Under the pieces are notes generated by a model, which ran no database searches, had not been told where the DNA came from, and worked only from the letters and a program-made list of their open reading frames with translations. Positions 24,172-25,470 of a DNA stretch of 25,470 nucleotides are shown here, in pieces. Each line of letters opens with the position of its first letter. Position 1 is the stretch's first letter. The translations under genes and the position numbers were made by a program. The DNA comes from an uncultured bacterium (GTDB taxonomy: Bacteria; JAGRBM01; JAHCIT01): contig CAZSFB010000002.1 of assembly GCA_964606035.1 (NCBI GenBank), positions 1 through 25,470 on the forward strand, written 5' to 3'.

Positions 24172-25175
24172 TGTCCACGTTCAATGAAATCCGCGACAGG
24201 ATGGTCGCGAACCACCGGTTCGTAACGACCCAGCTCGAGCTCACCTATCGGTGCAACTACCACTGTTTGCATTGCTACTGTGTGGAGCAGCCCGAACGCC
24301 CGGAACTTTCAACCGAAGCCTTCAAAAATGTCATTGACCAGCTCTACGGGCTGGGTTGCATGAACATCACGTTCACAGGTGGCGAGGCCATCATCCGGAA
24401 GGACTTTTTTGAGCTCGCCACCTACGCCCGCTCAAAACGTTTCGTCATCCGGCTGTTTTCGAACGGGCATCTGCTCGACGGCGGCCGGCTTGAAAACCTG
24501 CTGGAACTGAAACCCATCTCGGTTGATATTTCCCTCTACGGCGCCAGCGACAGGACCTACGCGGCCGTCACCGGTGACGGTGAGAGATACTCCCGTGTCA
24601 AGCGCAACATCGAGAAACTGGCAGAGCGGGGCCAGCGGGTGATTGTGAAAATCCCGCTGATGCACGAGAGTTATCACGATCTCGACCGGATGATCCGATG
24701 GTGCAGGGAAATCGGCGTTCCATATCTCACCGACGTTTGGATGACCCCGAAAGATGACGGCTCCGTAAAGCCCACCAATCACGCACTGACCGACGACGAA
24801 CTCCGGGATTTTTTCAGCCGCTACGGGACCCGTGCGAAAAACCTCGTCCGGCATGATGACGAGGCGATCTGCACGGCGGCCTGCTCCTCGCCGATTATCT
24901 CCCCGAACGGCGACGTGTTCGCCTGTACCCAGAACAAGTTGCCCGCCGGGAATGTGCTGAACCAGCCGCTCGCGGAAATCTGGAAGGATTCCCCGTGGCT
25001 CAGGGAGGTCCGGTCGGTGAAGTGGCACCGTTTCACCGAGTGCCACACCTGCGAGTTCAGGGAAACCTGCTTCATCTGCCCGGCCATCAGCCTGTACGAA
25101 AACGGCCGCCTGGAAGGCCCCAATAGCCATGCCTGCCGGGTCGCCCGGATCCGGCATGAGCTGGGCCAAGTCTGA
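24171..25175 (+). CDS. Radical SAM/SPASM-domain protein
   Basis: CxxxCxxC 'CNYHCLHC', 'TGGEA' and 'SLYG'. SPASM cysteines 'CTAAC....PNGDVFAC' and 'CHTCEFRETCFICP...C'. GTG overlaps the kinase TAG by 1 nt. Confidence 0.95.
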   Translation: MSTFNEIRDRMVANHRFVTTQLELTYRCNYHCLHCYCVEQPERPELSTEAFKNVIDQLYGLGCMNITFTGGEAIIRKDFFELATYARSKRFVIRLFSNGHLLDGGRLENLLELKPISVDISLYGASDRTYAAVTGDGERYSRVKRNIEKLAERGQRVIVKIPLMHESYHDLDRMIRWCREIGVPYLTDVWMTPKDDGSVKPTNHALTDDELRDFFSRYGTRAKNLVRHDDEAICTAACSSPIISPNGDVFACTQNKLPAGNVLNQPLAEIWKDSPWLREVRSVKWHRFTECHTCEFRETCFICPAISLYENGRLEGPNSHACRVARIRHELGQV

Positions 25176-25177
25176 CG

Positions 25178-25470
25178 CTAGGCTGCAGCCAGTATTCCTA
25201 GCAGTTCGTCGCGGGTCGCCCCGCCCTCCATGACCCGGACCGCCACCCGGTCAATCGTTCGTGGGTGTTTTTTCAGCAACTCTCGCCAGTGGATTCCATA
25301 CTGCTCCACCGCCTCTGTGAGTGCTTTCGCCTTCCTCTTGAGGAGTGGCATTTTCCCAAAGCTGTTGATGACCGCGCCGGTCCTCCGGCTGTGGATCATC
25401 CAGTCGCCAGTGCTCATGTCTGGTATTGAACCCGCTGGAACGCCCACGATTCGGCGGGCTTCCTCAATGG
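25178..25470 (-). CDS. C-terminal part of a hypothetical protein (5'-truncated by the window edge)
   Basis: The frame stays open from the TAG at 25178-25180 to the window end (…IEEARRIVGVPAGSIPD…LLGILAAA). Convergent with the rSAM gene. No family recognised. Confidence 0.5.
   Translation of the reverse strand, partial: IEEARRIVGVPAGSIPDMSTGDWMIHSRRTGAVINSFGKMPLLKRKAKALTEAVEQYGIHWRELLKKHPRTIDRVAVRVMEGGATRDELLGILAAA

Noticed and set aside
22603-25175. Calling the cassette pqqD/pqqE (PQQ biosynthesis)
   Set aside because: No pqqA/B/C neighbours, and the kinase and S26 peptidase are not part of PQQ operons.
1-25470. RNA genes, CRISPR arrays, IS elements, long direct repeats
   Set aside because: Intergenic gaps are all under about 140 nt and show no tRNA/rRNA signatures, regularly spaced repeats, terminal inverted repeats or transposase ORFs on reading.

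Overview
Gene-dense bacterial chromosomal window (GC-rich, roughly 60% by eye). The protein families and the MCP tip variant suggest a deltaproteobacterial/Myxococcota-like organism, which is an inference. No rRNA, tRNA, CRISPR array or transposase/integrase was seen. The left part holds housekeeping genes (xseA, ribF, aroE), an MMPL/RND transporter, an unusual aldo-keto-reductase::chlorite-dismutase/ChdC-fold fusion, and a patatin. The middle holds a minus-strand RegB/RegA module. regB carries an in-frame TAA at codon 39. An exact RegA/RegR box (GCGGC-N5-GTCGC) sits directly in front of a Cys-rich outer-membrane barrel and a His-rich lipoprotein, which look like a metal-uptake pair. These are followed by GST, PIN-PhoH, DsbA/FrnE, a small HTH, a J-domain protein and an orphan 6-TM MCP. 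The right part is a tightly coupled plus-strand run: SAM methyltransferase, RluA-family pseudouridine synthase, PqqD/RRE, S24/S26 peptidase, HprK-like kinase and radical SAM/SPASM. The last four form a RiPP-like modification cassette with no visible precursor peptide and are the best candidate for an uncharacterised system.
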